DNA of 59,922 nt, counting the filler. It is 6 parts of 6 records of this genome, joined end to end, with 100 filler letters (N's around TTAATTAATTAA, not from the genome) between each part and the next. Parts side by side here need not be neighbours in the genome. Positions count along the whole stretch, not along the records: positions 9,384 to 15,069 come from SRR31156797_33910; positions 15,170 to 21,130 come from SRR31156797_33934; 4 more parts are not named here. The stretch is one strand, 5' to 3'. Position 1 is the stretch's first letter; every line of letters begins with the position of its first letter. Positions 9,384 through 21,230 of this stretch are shown in pieces. The position numbers and the translations under genes were made by a program. The notes beneath the pieces are model-generated. The model made no database searches. It saw only the letters and a program-made list of their open reading frames with translations, and was not told where the DNA came from.

Positions 9384-10711
9384 ATCTTTTAAAACGCCTC
9401 GACTTCGTGGTCGAAAGCGACGAGTTCATCCAGATCACCGCCGTAAACAACGGCACGACCCAAAGATCATTGCTCAGCGGCGCCTTCAATGCCGTCACCG
9501 TCGGTCTCACCAACGGCGACCATGCCAGCGACACGACTGCCGTCGACGAAACCTACGTTGCCGGCCGCACCTGTCCGCTGGTGGTCGTTCCGCTGACGAA
9601 AACCAGCTATGCCAACCCCATCGTTGCCTCGGCGGCAGCCGCACTGGTGGAAAAAGGGGGAGATACCACTCTTTCCACCGATCCATTCTCACAAAGCACG
9701 TCAAATCGTGATGGAGAAATCATCATCTATAATGCGGAGCGTTCGGAGGTGATCAAAGCAGCCTTGCTGGCCGGAGCGGATCGCGTCACCCACAACACCT
9801 GGTCTTCGGACCAGATCGACGATTACTGCCAGGACAGCGCCAACGGGCTCGACCGCCGCTTCGGCGCCGGGCAGGTCAATGTCTATCACAGCGATCACAT
9901 CCTTGCCGCCAAGGAGCAGAACAGTATGGAAGACGACCCGGACAGTGAAGGTCTGATCGGCACTCAAGGGTTCGATTTCGATCCCGCTTTTGGTGGCAGT
10001 GAAAGCAGCAACACCACGGCATCGTACTTTTTTACCGCCGATCATGACATGAGCATGCTCTATGCCTCGCTCGTCTGGAATCTCCATATCCATGGCGGCC
10101 TCTTCTACAATTATGACGATACGGCGACGCTGCATGATTTTGATTTGAAACTTTACGATATGACCGATGAAAACAATCCCGTTGAGGTGGCTGTTTCCAC
10201 CAGTTCCATCGACAACACCGAAAACCTGTGGGTTCCCCTCACCCCCGGACACACCTATCGGATGCAGGTAACAGCAGGGTCAGGCCAGGCCGCATGCCTC
10301 TGGGACTATGCCCTGGCCTGGCGGGTCACCACTCCGCCCGACTCCGATGGAGACACCTTGCCCGACGATTGGGAGGTGTACCACGGAATGAATCGTTTTC
10401 TCATGGATTCGGATGGCGACGGTATGGTTGATGACTACGAACACACCTACCATCTGGATCCTGTGGATTCCGGCGATGCGTCGGAGGACCCGGATCTGGA
10501 TGGGTACACGAACCTGGAGGAGTATCAGGGCGGTCGAACCGATCCGCAGGATCCGGATGATTACCCCCAGATTGTTTCTGTAACGGCCGTTTCCATAAGT
10601 GGCATGCTGACTGTTGTGGCGCTTCTATTGGTGTTAAAGCTTGTGTGTGGAAGCAGATGCAGACGTTCCTCCTACCCCGAAACAGGCCTTTCATTGGCAG
10701 GAAAAAGGTAG
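9384..10711 (+). CDS. 5'-truncated subtilase (S8)-like secreted protein with Ca-binding DxDxDG repeats and C-terminal membrane anchor
   Basis: TSYANPIVASAAA (Ser motif), EVIKAALLAGA, FGAGQVN; DSDGDTLPDDWE/DSDGDGMVD/DPDLDGYTNLEEY repeats; hydrophobic tail followed by Arg cluster. Confidence 0.65.
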
Positions 10712-10833
10712 AAGCAACTGCTTTTCACATGGATTAAGCCAGTTCAGGGGAGATTTCTTTCTCCAAAAGATGCGTACTGAATCCGGAAGATAATTGAATT
10801 GACAATTGTAGAAAAGTTTGTATTTTCGCAAAA

Positions 10834-13800
10834 ATGCAAAATCAAACAACCAACATGAACGATTGCCAAAAAAAGATCCAGGGATTACGAGACCAACTGA
10901 AAAAGGTGATGCATAGCGATGCGATCGCCTTTCGCCGCGAACTGGACCGGTTCACGCGGTCGGTAAAAAAAATCCCGGACGAAACAATCGATAAGAAAGT
11001 GGTCAACCTGGAAAGCCGCATCCGTGGCGCTGTTTCGAAAAGAAGATGCCGTCTCGAAAATGTGCCTGGCTACAAAAATCTTTCCCACCTTCCCATCACC
11101 GCCGCCAAGACAAAAATCATCGATACGATCCGCGAACACCCGGTAACCATCATTTCCGGGGAAACCGGTTCAGGGAAGACCACTCAGATCCCGAAATTTT
11201 GCCTGGCGGCCGGCAGGGGCGTTGACGGAAAGATTGCCTGCACCCAGCCACGTCGCATTGCAGCAACCACAGTTGCCGAACGAATTGCGGACGAACTGGG
11301 TGAAAAGCTGGGGCAATCGGTGGGATACAAAATTCGTTTTCAGGATAAAACCTCATCGGACAGCTATATCAAGGTGGTTACCGACGGGATTTTATTGGCG
11401 GAAACCCAGGGCGATCCCTGGTTGAACGAATATGACACGATCATTGTGGACGAAGCCCACGAGCGCAGCCTGAATATCGACTTTGTTCTGGGCATCCTCA
11501 AACGTCTGGTTTTAAAAAGAAAAAACCTCAAACTGATCATCACCTCGGCAACCATCGACACGGAAAAATTTTCCAAAGCCTTTGACGATGCCCCGGTGAT
11601 CGAAGTCTCCGGCCGATTGTATCCGGTGGAGACGCGCTATTTTGTCTCCGATACAGAGGCGGATGACAGTGATGACCGGGCACCGGCAGAGCTGGCGGTC
11701 CAGGCTGTCGACCAGTTGGCCCGGCACCGATCGGGAGGCGATATTCTGGTGTTCATGCCGACGGAGCAGGATATTCGTGAAACCTGTGAAATGCTGGAAG
11801 GAAGGCATTTAAAAGGCACCTCGATCCTGCCTTTGTTTGCCAGGCTCTCTCCCGGTGAGCAGCGCCGCGTTTTCGCTTCTAGCGTGAAACGGAAAATTAT
11901 TGTAGCCACCAATGTGGCGGAAACCTCCATTACCATCCCCGGCATCAAAACTGTCGTTGACACGGGGCTGGCCAGAATTTCCCAGTACATTCCAAGATCC
12001 CGGACCACGGCGTTGCCCGTAGTTCCCATATCCAGAAGCAGTGCAGACCAGCGCAAAGGACGCTGCGGCCGGGTGGAAAACGGTGTTTGCATTCGCCTGT
12101 ACCCCGAAAAGGACTACCTCGATCGCCCCCTTTTTACCCAGCCGGAAATCCTTCGTTCCAATCTGGCCGAGGTTATTTTACGGATGATCGCGTTGAAACT
12201 GGGAGACATTGCCGATTTTCCCTTTATCGATCGACCGGCGGAGAAAAGCATCAGGGACGGATTCAATCTGCTGGTGGAGCTGGGGGCTATCCGACAGATT
12301 GAAGGCAAAGGCGCGGGAAACCGGCGATATGGATTGACGGCAAACGGCCGCATGATGGCGCGTATGCCTATCGACCCGAGGCTTTCACGCATGTTGATTG
12401 AAGCGCGGGAGGAAAATTGTACCGACCTGATTGCAATTATCGCTGCTGCGTTGAGCATTCAGGACGTGCGAGAAAGGCCCATGGAGAAGGAGGCGCTTGC
12501 CGATCAGGCCCACCGCCCGTTTGTGGACCCCTTGTCCGATTTTGTCACGATCCTCAACATCTGGCGAGCACTTCACGAGGGGGCAACGCGTCCCCGCAGC
12601 ACCAGTGAGCTCAGGAAGTTTTGCAAAAAACACTTTCTTTCCTTTCGGCGCATACGGGAATGGCGGGATATTCACAAGCAGATCGCTGCCGTTCTGAAGG
12701 AGCAGCGATTCGACCTTTCCCCGCGGAAAAGGATCGATCCCGGGGGCGTCAGTGACACGGATAAAAACAAAAAAGAGGCGTTTCATCCGCTGTACGGTGC
12801 CATTCACCGGTGCATTCTCAGCGGTTTTCTCTCCAATATTGCCATGCGAAAGGAGAAGGTTTTTTACAGGGCTGCCAAAGAGCGGGAGGTGATGCTCTTT
12901 CCCGGTTCGGGCCTGTTTAAAAATCCGGGACAATGGATTGTTGCGGCGGAGATGGTCGAAACTTCCCGATTGTTTGCTCGAAAAGCGGCGGTGGTGGATG
13001 TGAAGTGGTTGGAGCCTATGGGGGGAGAACTATGCCGCGCCACATGGTCGGACCCCCATTGGGAGAAAAACCGGGGGGAGGTCGTGGCCAAGGAGCAGGT
13101 CTCTTTGTTCGGCCTGCCCATCGTCCAAAACCGGCAGGTGGCCTTCGGCCGCATTGATCCGGAGCAGGCGTCCGATATCTTTATCCGTAGCGCCCTTGTA
13201 GAAGGGGAGGTGCCACAACCACCGGGGTTTATCCGCCACAATCGAAAGCTCGTGGAAGAAGTGAGAGGTATCGAAGACCGTATCCGGCGTCGGGATATTC
13301 TGGTTGATGATGAAGTCCTGGTGGATTTCTATAAGGAACGGGTTTCCGGCATCCATGACATTCGAACGCTCAAGCACCGGATTCGGAAGAAGGGAGGGGA
13401 TCGCTTTCTTCGGCTCAATCGTGACCTTCTGATTCGATACCTGCCCGATGAAACGGTACTTAATCAATTCCCTAATCGATTGGACCTGGGCCATCGAGTC
13501 CTGGATTGTGACTATGTTTTCGAGCCCGGAAAGGAGACGGACGGCGTTACCCTTACCGTACCCGTAGACGCGACAGGGGATGTCCCCAGACAGCAATTGG
13601 AATGGCTGGTGCCGGGCCTTTTGGAAGAGAAAATCACAACCTTGGTCAAAGGGTTGCCCAAAGCCCATCGGGTCAAGCTGGTGCCGGTGGCGGAGACGGT
13701 GCAGTTGATTTTGAAAAAAATGCCACGGGAAAAAGAGAGCCTGCCCACCGCCTTGAGCCGGTTTCTTTTTCAGCAATTGCAGGTCGATATCCCGGCCGTA

Positions 13801-14853
13801 GCCTGGCCCGTTGCCGAACTGCCCGATCACTTGAGAATGCGCGTGGCCATTACAGATCAAAAAGGCCGGGTGGTTGCCAGCGGAAGGGATGAGGCTCTTC
13901 TCGATAAAAACGAAGCCGATCCGGCTCTTCCCGGCGGATTGAACAGGCTCAAGCGAAAATGGGAAAAGGACGGGGTTACCGATTGGGATTTTGGCGACCT
14001 GCCGCAAGTCCTCACCGCCGATGACGGCAACCGGAGCAAATGGCGGCTCTATCCCAGGCTGAAGGTGAACGGGGAAAAGATTTGTCTCCAGTTGTTCAAC
14101 GACGCAAAGGTGGCTGAACAAAACCATATAGAGGGTGTCTCGGCATTGCTTTCCCTTCATTTTACCGAAGATCTCAAATTTTTAAGAAAAGACCTCAAAC
14201 TACCCGCATTGCTCAAACGTCAGACGGTCTATTTCGGCGGATCAACGGTAATCGACAGGCAGCTTTACCAATGCACGATCCGATCGTTGTTCGCTAAAAA
14301 TATTCTTACGTCCAAAGCATACGGAAAACGTGTGGATGAACTGGTGCACCTGCGCGTTCATCAACAGGGACAGGGCCTGCGAACCGCGGTAATCGCTGTA
14401 ATCGAAGCCCACCACGAAGCCCAAATTCGCATTCTTGAGATAGAAAAAAAACGTATCGCCGCGCCAGTGGTGGGACAATTTTTACAAACATTGAAAACAG
14501 AGCTCTCTCGCCTGGTACCGGAAACATTCGTTTTCCTATACGGCACAGAACGCCTGACGCATCTGGTTCGCTACATTCGGACCATTACCATCCGGGTTCA
14601 GCGAGGAATCACCGATCTTGAAAAGGATCGCTCCCGGCAGGCCATGGTCGCCCCCTTCATCGACCAATTGAACCAGATGATGGCGTCCATGGACAAGGCG
14701 ACCACACCGGAAAAACGGTCTGAAATAGAGACCTTCTTCTGGATGATCGAGGAGTATAAGATTTCCGTATTCGCCCAGGAAGTGGGCACTGACGGGCCGA
14801 TATCAGCGAAACGATTGAAGAAAAAAGCCGGTGAAATTGACCGGATGATTTGA
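10834..14853 (+). CDS. hrpA: ATP-dependent RNA helicase HrpA
   Basis: GETGSGKTTQ, DEAHERS, SATID, ATNVAETSITIP, QRKGRCGR; long HrpA C-terminus ending EEYKISVFAQE. Confidence 0.95.
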   Translation: MQNQTTNMNDCQKKIQGLRDQLKKVMHSDAIAFRRELDRFTRSVKKIPDETIDKKVVNLESRIRGAVSKRRCRLENVPGYKNLSHLPITAAKTKIIDTIREHPVTIISGETGSGKTTQIPKFCLAAGRGVDGKIACTQPRRIAATTVAERIADELGEKLGQSVGYKIRFQDKTSSDSYIKVVTDGILLAETQGDPWLNEYDTIIVDEAHERSLNIDFVLGILKRLVLKRKNLKLIITSATIDTEKFSKAFDDAPVIEVSGRLYPVETRYFVSDTEADDSDDRAPAELAVQAVDQLARHRSGGDILVFMPTEQDIRETCEMLEGRHLKGTSILPLFARLSPGEQRRVFASSVKRKIIVATNVAETSITIPGIKTVVDTGLARISQYIPRSRTTALPVVPISRSSADQRKGRCGRVENGVCIRLYPEKDYLDRPLFTQPEILRSNLAEVILRMIALKLGDIADFPFIDRPAEKSIRDGFNLLVELGAIRQIEGKGAGNRRYGLTANGRMMARMPIDPRLSRMLIEAREENCTDLIAIIAAALSIQDVRERPMEKEALADQAHRPFVDPLSDFVTILNIWRALHEGATRPRSTSELRKFCKKHFLSFRRIREWRDIHKQIAAVLKEQRFDLSPRKRIDPGGVSDTDKNKKEAFHPLYGAIHRCILSGFLSNIAMRKEKVFYRAAKEREVMLFPGSGLFKNPGQWIVAAEMVETSRLFARKAAVVDVKWLEPMGGELCRATWSDPHWEKNRGEVVAKEQVSLFGLPIVQNRQVAFGRIDPEQASDIFIRSALVEGEVPQPPGFIRHNRKLVEEVRGIEDRIRRRDILVDDEVLVDFYKERVSGIHDIRTLKHRIRKKGGDRFLRLNRDLLIRYLPDETVLNQFPNRLDLGHRVLDCDYVFEPGKETDGVTLTVPVDATGDVPRQQLEWLVPGLLEEKITTLVKGLPKAHRVKLVPVAETVQLILKKMPREKESLPTALSRFLFQQLQVDIPAVAWPVAELPDHLRMRVAITDQKGRVVASGRDEALLDKNEADPALPGGLNRLKRKWEKDGVTDWDFGDLPQVLTADDGNRSKWRLYPRLKVNGEKICLQLFNDAKVAEQNHIEGVSALLSLHFTEDLKFLRKDLKLPALLKRQTVYFGGSTVIDRQLYQCTIRSLFAKNILTSKAYGKRVDELVHLRVHQQGQGLRTAVIAVIEAHHEAQIRILEIEKKRIAAPVVGQFLQTLKTELSRLVPETFVFLYGTERLTHLVRYIRTITIRVQRGITDLEKDRSRQAMVAPFIDQLNQMMASMDKATTPEKRSEIETFFWMIEEYKISVFAQEVGTDGPISAKRLKKKAGEIDRMI

Positions 14854-14950
14854 AAAACCGGTATGATCAACTTCGATGCACCCACAATTTTGTACAATAA
14901 GAATCTTGACAGATACATTATGAAAAACTAAAGCTTTAGAAAAATCAGTT

Positions 14951-15069
14951 TACGGGCGCTCGGATAAACCGGGCTGAGAATGACCCTTGCTTTATGGTTA
15001 GCGATACATGGAACCATGAATCTGTGGGTCTAACCGTTGAACCTGATCCGGATAATGCCGGCGTAGGGA
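14951..15069 (+). ncRNA. TPP riboswitch aptamer, 3'-truncated by the gap
   Basis: CGGGCGC...GCTGAGA...CCGTTGAACCTGATCCGGATAATGCCGGCGTAGGGA matches the TPP consensus; TTGACA at 14906 upstream. Confidence 0.92.
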
Positions 15070-15169
15070 NNNNNNNNNNNNNNNNNNNNNNNNNNNNNNN
15101 NNNNNNNNNNNNNTTAATTAATTAANNNNNNNNNNNNNNNNNNNNNNNNNNNNNNNNNNNNNNNNNNNN
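15070..15169. other. Contig-join spacer
   Basis: N run with TTAATTAATTAA. Confidence 0.99.
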
Positions 15170-15197
15170 AGCAGTTCGATTCTGTTCCTGGGCACCA
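15170..15197 (+). tRNA. 3' end of a tRNA (Phe-like), truncated by the gap
   Basis: T-arm CAG-TTCGATT-CTG, acceptor strand CCTGGGC-ACCA; anticodon not visible, so identity is inferred. Confidence 0.75.
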
Positions 15198-15208
15198 TTA
15201 AAAGATCC

Positions 15209-15245
15209 AAGGTCTTCAGCCCCGGCTGAAGACCTTTTGATTTTT
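15209..15245 (+). terminator. Intrinsic terminator after tRNA
   Basis: AAGGTCTTCAGCC/GGCTGAAGACCTT inverted repeat followed by T-rich tract. Confidence 0.8.
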
Positions 15246-15593
15246 GGGTTCTCCCAGATTCGTACTATCCCCCCATTATGTCACATATTTCCTCATGATA
15301 CCGGAGTCTTGGTATTGCTTACCTATTGCATGGTTTTATTTGAAGCCGTTTGAGCTTCAATCACAAAGGAGTGGATTCGATAGGGATTGGATGGTGCTGT
15401 TGTGAGAACAAAACTGCTAAGATGAACCTTTCTGCAAACCGGTATTCAATCCACTCCCGGGACGCCATGGGCACATGGCCGGAAGGATCGAAAAATTGCA
15501 GTTCTTCGATTCGTGCACTGTCTTTATCCGCGTTCAGGGCGGAAATCCGGGGTGTTCCGACCCTGATCCGGCCCGGCACCGGGGACAGCCGGA

Positions 15594-17771
15594 TCATTCG
15601 TGGTGCCTCTCCTGAATTTTTATTAATGGTTCCACAAGTTTCGGAAATTCCGTCAGCGCTTTTGTGATGTTCTCTATATCGAAATTTTGTATAAACCGTT
15701 GCAACTCCACGGCATATCGAACTAAGCCTGGAACCTTGTAATCGTTTCCCAACTGCTCTGTACGCTTACTGAATTCCTGAAGCTTCCCCATTCTCATGAC
15801 ACTTTTTAAATCTTTCAGGGCCGGGAGTAATTCTTTCTGCAATATCGAAACAAGTTCCGGAAGATGGACTATATTTTCAACGGCGTTGTCTGTCGCCACG
15901 TCTTCCCCGGGCGGGATAATTTTAACCGGCTTTGCTTTTTTCCTATGGGTTAAATACCGGGACAATCTATACAGAAGACGCTTTTTTTTCACAGGTTTTG
16001 TCAGGTATCCGGCAAAAATGTTTTCCATGGTTTTTGACCGTGTATCGGTTTTTGTAGAAGCGCTCAGGGCAATGACCGGTATATCTTCTGTTTTTGGATT
16101 GTTTTTTAGCAGTTTCGTTGCCTCGTAGCCGTCCATCACCGGCATTCTGATGTCCATGATAATGATATCCGGCTGGTATTCTCCTGCAAGCAGCAGGGCT
16201 TCCTGGCCGTTTACAGCCGTTGACACCTCCAGGTTCACCTCTGTCAGCATTTCACGAAGCAGATTCCTGTTGGATTCGACATCATCCACTATCAGAATTT
16301 TGCCTTTTTCAAAAATTATGTCATCCGTTTCAAGGGATTTTTCCTCTGGGAGGGGGACTTCCGATGATGACACGGGCACATTCCGCAGGGTGAGTTCAAA
16401 GGTGCTTCCCTCTCCTGATTTGCTTGTCAGGCTGAGCCGTCCGTTCATCATCTCTGCCAGTCTTTTGCATATGAAAAGCCCGAGTCCCGTGCCCTCATAT
16501 TTTCTGGCAGCACTACTGTCCAGTTGTTTAAACGATTGAAATATTTTTTCCTGTTCCTTTTCAGGAATGCCGATGCCGGTGTCTTCCACCGCTATGATCA
16601 GGTCCAGGGTGCTCCGGTTATCAGACGTATATATCTTTTTTACTGAAAGCCTGATATATCCTTCGTCCGTAAATTTGACCGCATTGCCGACAAGGTTGAG
16701 CAAAATCTGCCTGAGCTTTATTTCATCAAGTACAAGAGCGGAAGGCAGATCCTTATCCACATCAATGGTAAATAGAAGATTCTTACCCTCCACCTTCATT
16801 TTAAAGATCTGCTCTATCTCATTAAAAATCAGCCGGGGGCTGACCCGCATGGGTTTTACTTTCATAATTCCGGCTTCGATTTTTGAGAGATCAAGAATGT
16901 CATTTATCAGTGTAAGCAGACTCTTTCCCGCAGTTTGAATTGCGGCAAGATATTTTTTATGCTTTTCACCGGAGACAATGGATGACAGCAGTTCACTGAA
17001 TCCTGTGATGGCATTGAGGGGGGTGCGGATTTCATGACTCATGTTTGCGATGAACTCACTTTTGGCGCGGTTGGCGAATTCGGCCTCCTCTTTGGCCTTT
17101 TTCAACTCGGTTTCCGCCAACTTGCGTTTCCGACCGACCCAAAACAGTAAACAGCATATTCCGGCTAGGATGGATACCCAGCATAGGATGGTGAGAACAT
17201 GGAGGCTCTTTTGCATTGCCATCATCTCACTGATATTTTCGCTGACGCGGAATTCAAGCTTATCCATAGTAAGTTCCATCTTGTAAAATAGGGAACGGGC
17301 ATCAAAAATCTCTTTCATACTATCCGCGTTCCGGTTGTTCCAGAGGCTCACCGCCAGCAACCGGAATCGTTTGAGCATTGTCTGGAGTTGCCGCAATTGA
17401 TCTAACAATTCACGATCTTCCGCGGGAAGCCCTGTTATGGTCACAAAATTGCTCCGTCCCTTTATACAGTCGCTGAGGGTCTGTTCCGCACGGTCAAAGA
17501 GTGGCCAGACATCAATTATCCGGATGGTCGAGTCTCCCGAAAGGGCTCTCTCCAACAACAGCTCACCCTTGAGAAAATACATCCTGGCATGAATAAGATT
17601 ATCGTGAATGGGCAGATTCTTTTTTATATGAAATCGCCACCTGGAGTCTCCAAGCATGAGAAGTCCCACTGAAAAAAAACCGATAACAATAACTCCCCAG
17701 ATTGAATACTCAATCTGCACAAAGGGGGGGATTCGTTTCATGCTTTTCATAAGATCGGATATGCGGTTCAT
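15594..17771 (-). CDS. Membrane-bound hybrid histidine kinase (2 TM, periplasmic domain, HisKA, HATPase, REC)
   Basis: [40 protein letters not shown]; start moved to ATG 17771 behind AAGGA. Confidence 0.9.
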   Translation of the reverse strand: MNRISDLMKSMKRIPPFVQIEYSIWGVIVIGFFSVGLLMLGDSRWRFHIKKNLPIHDNLIHARMYFLKGELLLERALSGDSTIRIIDVWPLFDRAEQTLSDCIKGRSNFVTITGLPAEDRELLDQLRQLQTMLKRFRLLAVSLWNNRNADSMKEIFDARSLFYKMELTMDKLEFRVSENISEMMAMQKSLHVLTILCWVSILAGICCLLFWVGRKRKLAETELKKAKEEAEFANRAKSEFIANMSHEIRTPLNAITGFSELLSSIVSGEKHKKYLAAIQTAGKSLLTLINDILDLSKIEAGIMKVKPMRVSPRLIFNEIEQIFKMKVEGKNLLFTIDVDKDLPSALVLDEIKLRQILLNLVGNAVKFTDEGYIRLSVKKIYTSDNRSTLDLIIAVEDTGIGIPEKEQEKIFQSFKQLDSSAARKYEGTGLGLFICKRLAEMMNGRLSLTSKSGEGSTFELTLRNVPVSSSEVPLPEEKSLETDDIIFEKGKILIVDDVESNRNLLREMLTEVNLEVSTAVNGQEALLLAGEYQPDIIIMDIRMPVMDGYEATKLLKNNPKTEDIPVIALSASTKTDTRSKTMENIFAGYLTKPVKKKRLLYRLSRYLTHRKKAKPVKIIPPGEDVATDNAVENIVHLPELVSILQKELLPALKDLKSVMRMGKLQEFSKRTEQLGNDYKVPGLVRYAVELQRFIQNFDIENITKALTEFPKLVEPLIKIQERHHE

Positions 17772-17799
17772 ATAATCCTTATCCTTATTCAGATCAGGT

Positions 17800-18672
17800 T
17801 CAATGACCCTCGCAAAGCTCTGCAGCCGTAATATTGCCGGGCAGATCCGTGACCCCAAAGGGCCTTACTGTTTCAAAAAACGCTTTTGTTCCGATAAACG
17901 GCTTGAGGTGCAGATTGAACTCCTCAAGAAAAGCCCGGTCTTTCTTTCTAAAACCGAATGCGGAATAACCCCTGACGGATTTTCCATCGATTATCGGATC
18001 CTTAAAAGGCCGTGCGCGTTCAATCGTGGGATCGTTTGCGCTTTCTATGAGATTCTGAATACCGAGACTTGTGAGGGCCAGCGCATCCGCCCGTCCTTTT
18101 CTGACAGCTTCAAGGCCCGTGGGCGTGTCCGGAACACTTAAAATACGGGAATCCGGAATCCCTACAGCCGTTGCATATCCTGCTTCTGCAGTACCTTCTA
18201 TCACGCATAGTACGGCATCCGTATTTTTTGCTATACCTTCATAACTATGGAGGCTTTTGGGGTTTTCCGCTTTGACGAGAAACGCACTTCCTATACTGTC
18301 GTAAGGCTCTGAAAAGGCTATTTGCTTACATCGCCCGGGGAGGATAAACATACCTGCTGTAATCATATCGATGCGCCCTGCTCTGAGGGCTGGAATCAGG
18401 GAGCCAAATTCCACATGCACTCCTTCAATCCTGTTTATTCCCATTTTTGTAAGGATTTTCCTGGCCATTTCAATGGATTCTCCCGTAAGTTTCCCTTCTG
18501 GTGTCACATAGGCGTGGGGAATTTCATTTGCATAACCGACACGAACAGCCCCCTCTTTTTTGATACGTTCAAGGGTGGTTTCAGAAGGAGGCGTACAGGC
18601 TGAGCAAAAAGAGACGCACAAGACAATGACAGCATTTCTCAAGATAAATATGAGATCGGCTGTATGGTTCAT
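17800..18672 (-). CDS. ehuB: Ectoine/hydroxyectoine-type ABC substrate-binding lipoprotein (EhuB family)
   Basis: Lipobox-like [51 protein letters not shown]. Confidence 0.8.
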   Translation of the reverse strand: MNHTADLIFILRNAVIVLCVSFCSACTPPSETTLERIKKEGAVRVGYANEIPHAYVTPEGKLTGESIEMARKILTKMGINRIEGVHVEFGSLIPALRAGRIDMITAGMFILPGRCKQIAFSEPYDSIGSAFLVKAENPKSLHSYEGIAKNTDAVLCVIEGTAEAGYATAVGIPDSRILSVPDTPTGLEAVRKGRADALALTSLGIQNLIESANDPTIERARPFKDPIIDGKSVRGYSAFGFRKKDRAFLEEFNLHLKPFIGTKAFFETVRPFGVTDLPGNITAAELCEGH

Positions 18673-18735
18673 GGTTTCCTCCTTTTTTTGTTCTTATGGC
18701 CATAAATGAATATACGTTATGTATGGTCCAGTTTC

Positions 18736-20793
18736 TCAACGGCCCTGGCTGCCTTCGGAAGAGTGTCCGGTACAGAATTTCTGTAGAATATCCAGTACCG
18801 CTTTCGACTTGACAGGTTTGGAGATGTAGTCGTCCATTCCTGCCTTAAGACATCTTTCACGGTCCCCATTCATGGCCAGGGCGGTCATGGCGATGATGGG
18901 GGAACGGGGGGCAGGTTGCCGATTTCCTGTTGGGGGCTCAGTATCTTGTAAATCCTTTCGAAATTTTTCCTCATGCATGCGTATTCTGTTTGTGGCTTCA
19001 AAACCGTCCATGACCGGCATATGGGCATCCATAAAGATCATGTCGTATTTTTTTTCCTTAAACATCTCCACACCGATCGCGCCGTTTTCGGCAATGTCCA
19101 CCGTGCATCCGTACCTGCGGAGGATGCCGGCGGCCACCATCTGATTCATGGGATTGTCCTCAACCAGAAGGATTTGGGCACATACGGAAGGTTCCTTTTT
19201 TTTCGTATCGGAAGGTTTTATGGGCGATCCCGGGAAGCCGTTTTCAGCGTCCGTCCAGGTCTCCGACAGGCTGCTTAAAAACCGGGAAAAGCGAATGGGT
19301 TTGAGTAAGTTAGCGGCAAAATGCGCCCGGACCGGCCCTTTCCGTTCATTGGGGATCACCCCGTCTGACAGGGATATCAGTACCGTATTCCGGATATCTT
19401 CATCGGCTTTGATTCGTTCCGCCAGTTTGCCGCCGTTCATTTCAGGCATGTGGTAATCCAGTAAGGCCACTCCAAAGGGGCGGCCTTTCTGTTTCGCGGC
19501 CTTCAGCAGTGCCAAGGCCTCCCGACCGGAAGCCGCGCCCATGCCGGTAATTCCATGAAATTCAAGATATTCAAGGGCGATACTGCGGAAAATCTCATTA
19601 TCATCCGCCACAAGGACAGGTACACGGGAAAGTCCGGGCACCGTATCTTTTTTAACGTCTTTTTCCGCTTCACGGATAAGCTCCTGCCGGAACCAGAATT
19701 CCGAACCTTCTCCGGGGGTGCTGTCGACACCGATTTTACCACCCATCATTTCAACGAGTTGCCTGCTGATGGCCAGCCCCAGCCCGGTTCCCCCGAATTC
19801 CCGGGTGGTCGACGCATCGGCCTGGGAGAATTTGTCGAATATGACCTTCTGCCGCTCTTTCGGGATTCCCTGGCCGGTATCGGATACACGGATCTGAATG
19901 CGGCACCGCCCGGCAGTTACTTTTTCGCTGACCGCTTCGATCAGCACATGGCCCCGGTGGGTAAACTTGACCGCATTGCCCGCAAGATTTGTCAGGACTT
20001 GGCGAATACGGATAGGATCCCCAACAAACCGGGTCGGCATATCCGGCGGATAGCGGACAAGGATTTCGATCCCCTTTTCTTTTGCCTGGCTGGCAAAAAG
20101 CAATCCTACCTGTTCGGCGATTTCCAGGAGATTATAGGGCACGGATTCCAGGGAGAGCTTGCCGGCCTGGATCTTGGAAAAATCAAGAATGTCGTTCAGA
20201 ACCGTCAGAAGGGCGCAGGCCGACCCGTTTATGGCTTCGGCATAAGCCTTTTGTTGGGTGGTCAGTTTTGTGGTCAGCAGCAGTTCCGTCATTCCCACGA
20301 CGCCGTTCATGGGAGTGCGGATTTCATGGCTCATATGGGCCAGAAACTCACTCTTGGCCCTGCTGGCGTGCTCGGCTTCTTCTTTGGCTTCCTGAAGTTC
20401 ATTGAACAGCTTTTTCATTTTCATCTGGGTTTGTATACGGGCCAACAGCTCCACCGTATTAAAAGGTTTTGTAATATAATCCGCAGCGCCGGCTTCAAAT
20501 CCCTTGGCAAGATCATCCGTTTCTGTTTTGGCCGTAAGAAAGATAACAGGGATATCCCTGACGGATTTGTCGCTTTTCAGCCTTTTGCAGACTTCATAAC
20601 CATCCATTTCCGGCATCATGATATCAAGAAGAATAAGTTCCGGTTTTTCCCTTTCCAATGAATTCAAGGCCTCAACGCCGCTCATGGTCACGGCCGGGTC
20701 ATATCCGTTTTCGGTCAGAAGATTCCCGATAAATTGAAGACTCTGGGGATTGTCGTCCACGACTAATATAAGAGGCCTTTCGTTATCGTTCAT
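18736..20793 (-). CDS. Cytoplasmic hybrid histidine kinase (REC-HisKA-HATPase-REC-REC)
   Basis: [48 protein letters not shown]. Confidence 0.92.
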   Translation of the reverse strand: MNDNERPLILVVDDNPQSLQFIGNLLTENGYDPAVTMSGVEALNSLEREKPELILLDIMMPEMDGYEVCKRLKSDKSVRDIPVIFLTAKTETDDLAKGFEAGAADYITKPFNTVELLARIQTQMKMKKLFNELQEAKEEAEHASRAKSEFLAHMSHEIRTPMNGVVGMTELLLTTKLTTQQKAYAEAINGSACALLTVLNDILDFSKIQAGKLSLESVPYNLLEIAEQVGLLFASQAKEKGIEILVRYPPDMPTRFVGDPIRIRQVLTNLAGNAVKFTHRGHVLIEAVSEKVTAGRCRIQIRVSDTGQGIPKERQKVIFDKFSQADASTTREFGGTGLGLAISRQLVEMMGGKIGVDSTPGEGSEFWFRQELIREAEKDVKKDTVPGLSRVPVLVADDNEIFRSIALEYLEFHGITGMGAASGREALALLKAAKQKGRPFGVALLDYHMPEMNGGKLAERIKADEDIRNTVLISLSDGVIPNERKGPVRAHFAANLLKPIRFSRFLSSLSETWTDAENGFPGSPIKPSDTKKKEPSVCAQILLVEDNPMNQMVAAGILRRYGCTVDIAENGAIGVEMFKEKKYDMIFMDAHMPVMDGFEATNRIRMHEEKFRKDLQDTEPPTGNRQPAPRSPIIAMTALAMNGDRERCLKAGMDDYISKPVKSKAVLDILQKFCTGHSSEGSQGR

Positions 20794-21130
20794 AACGCTT
20801 CTCCCATATTTTTAATCGTTCTATGGTTATAGGAATTCTGGTTGTGTCCGAAAGAGGGGAGGCGGGGCTTGGGCGATTTGTTTTGACCCGGATTCCGGTT
20901 CTGTCTTAACGGCTTAAAAAAGCCTTGTTAGGGCTGATTTCTCTGGGTTCATCTTAAATCAATTCAAATCAATTATCCATTATTATTTAAGGGGGGCTCC
21001 CTGTCAACCGGCAGTGGCTGGCAGGGCTGGCAGGTGATTGTGAGATAAACGGATGTCCGGCTTTAAAAGAGTCCCGGGATGGGATGGTTGGTGGTGGGAG
21101 GGGGGTGAAGGGCGGGCATGGAGGACCCAT

Positions 21131-21230
21131 NNNNNNNNNNNNNNNNNNNNNNNNNNNNNNNNNNNNNNNNNNNNTTAATTAATTAANNNNNNNNNNNNNN
21201 NNNNNNNNNNNNNNNNNNNNNNNNNNNNNN
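21131..21230. other. Contig-join spacer
   Basis: N run with TTAATTAATTAA. Confidence 0.99.

Noticed and set aside
13030-14160. 376-aa antisense ORF inside hrpA
   Set aside because: Shadow ORF of a GC-rich gene; no motifs or RBS.
15361-15597. 78-aa ORF overlapping the kinase stop, faintly ParE/RelE-like
   Set aside because: Similarity too weak and no antitoxin; cannot support a call.
19555-20661. 368-aa antisense ORF inside the hybrid kinase
   Set aside because: Typical reverse-frame shadow of a kinase gene.
21076-21117. G-rich tract with quadruplex potential
   Set aside because: At a contig edge with irregular G runs; no supporting context.
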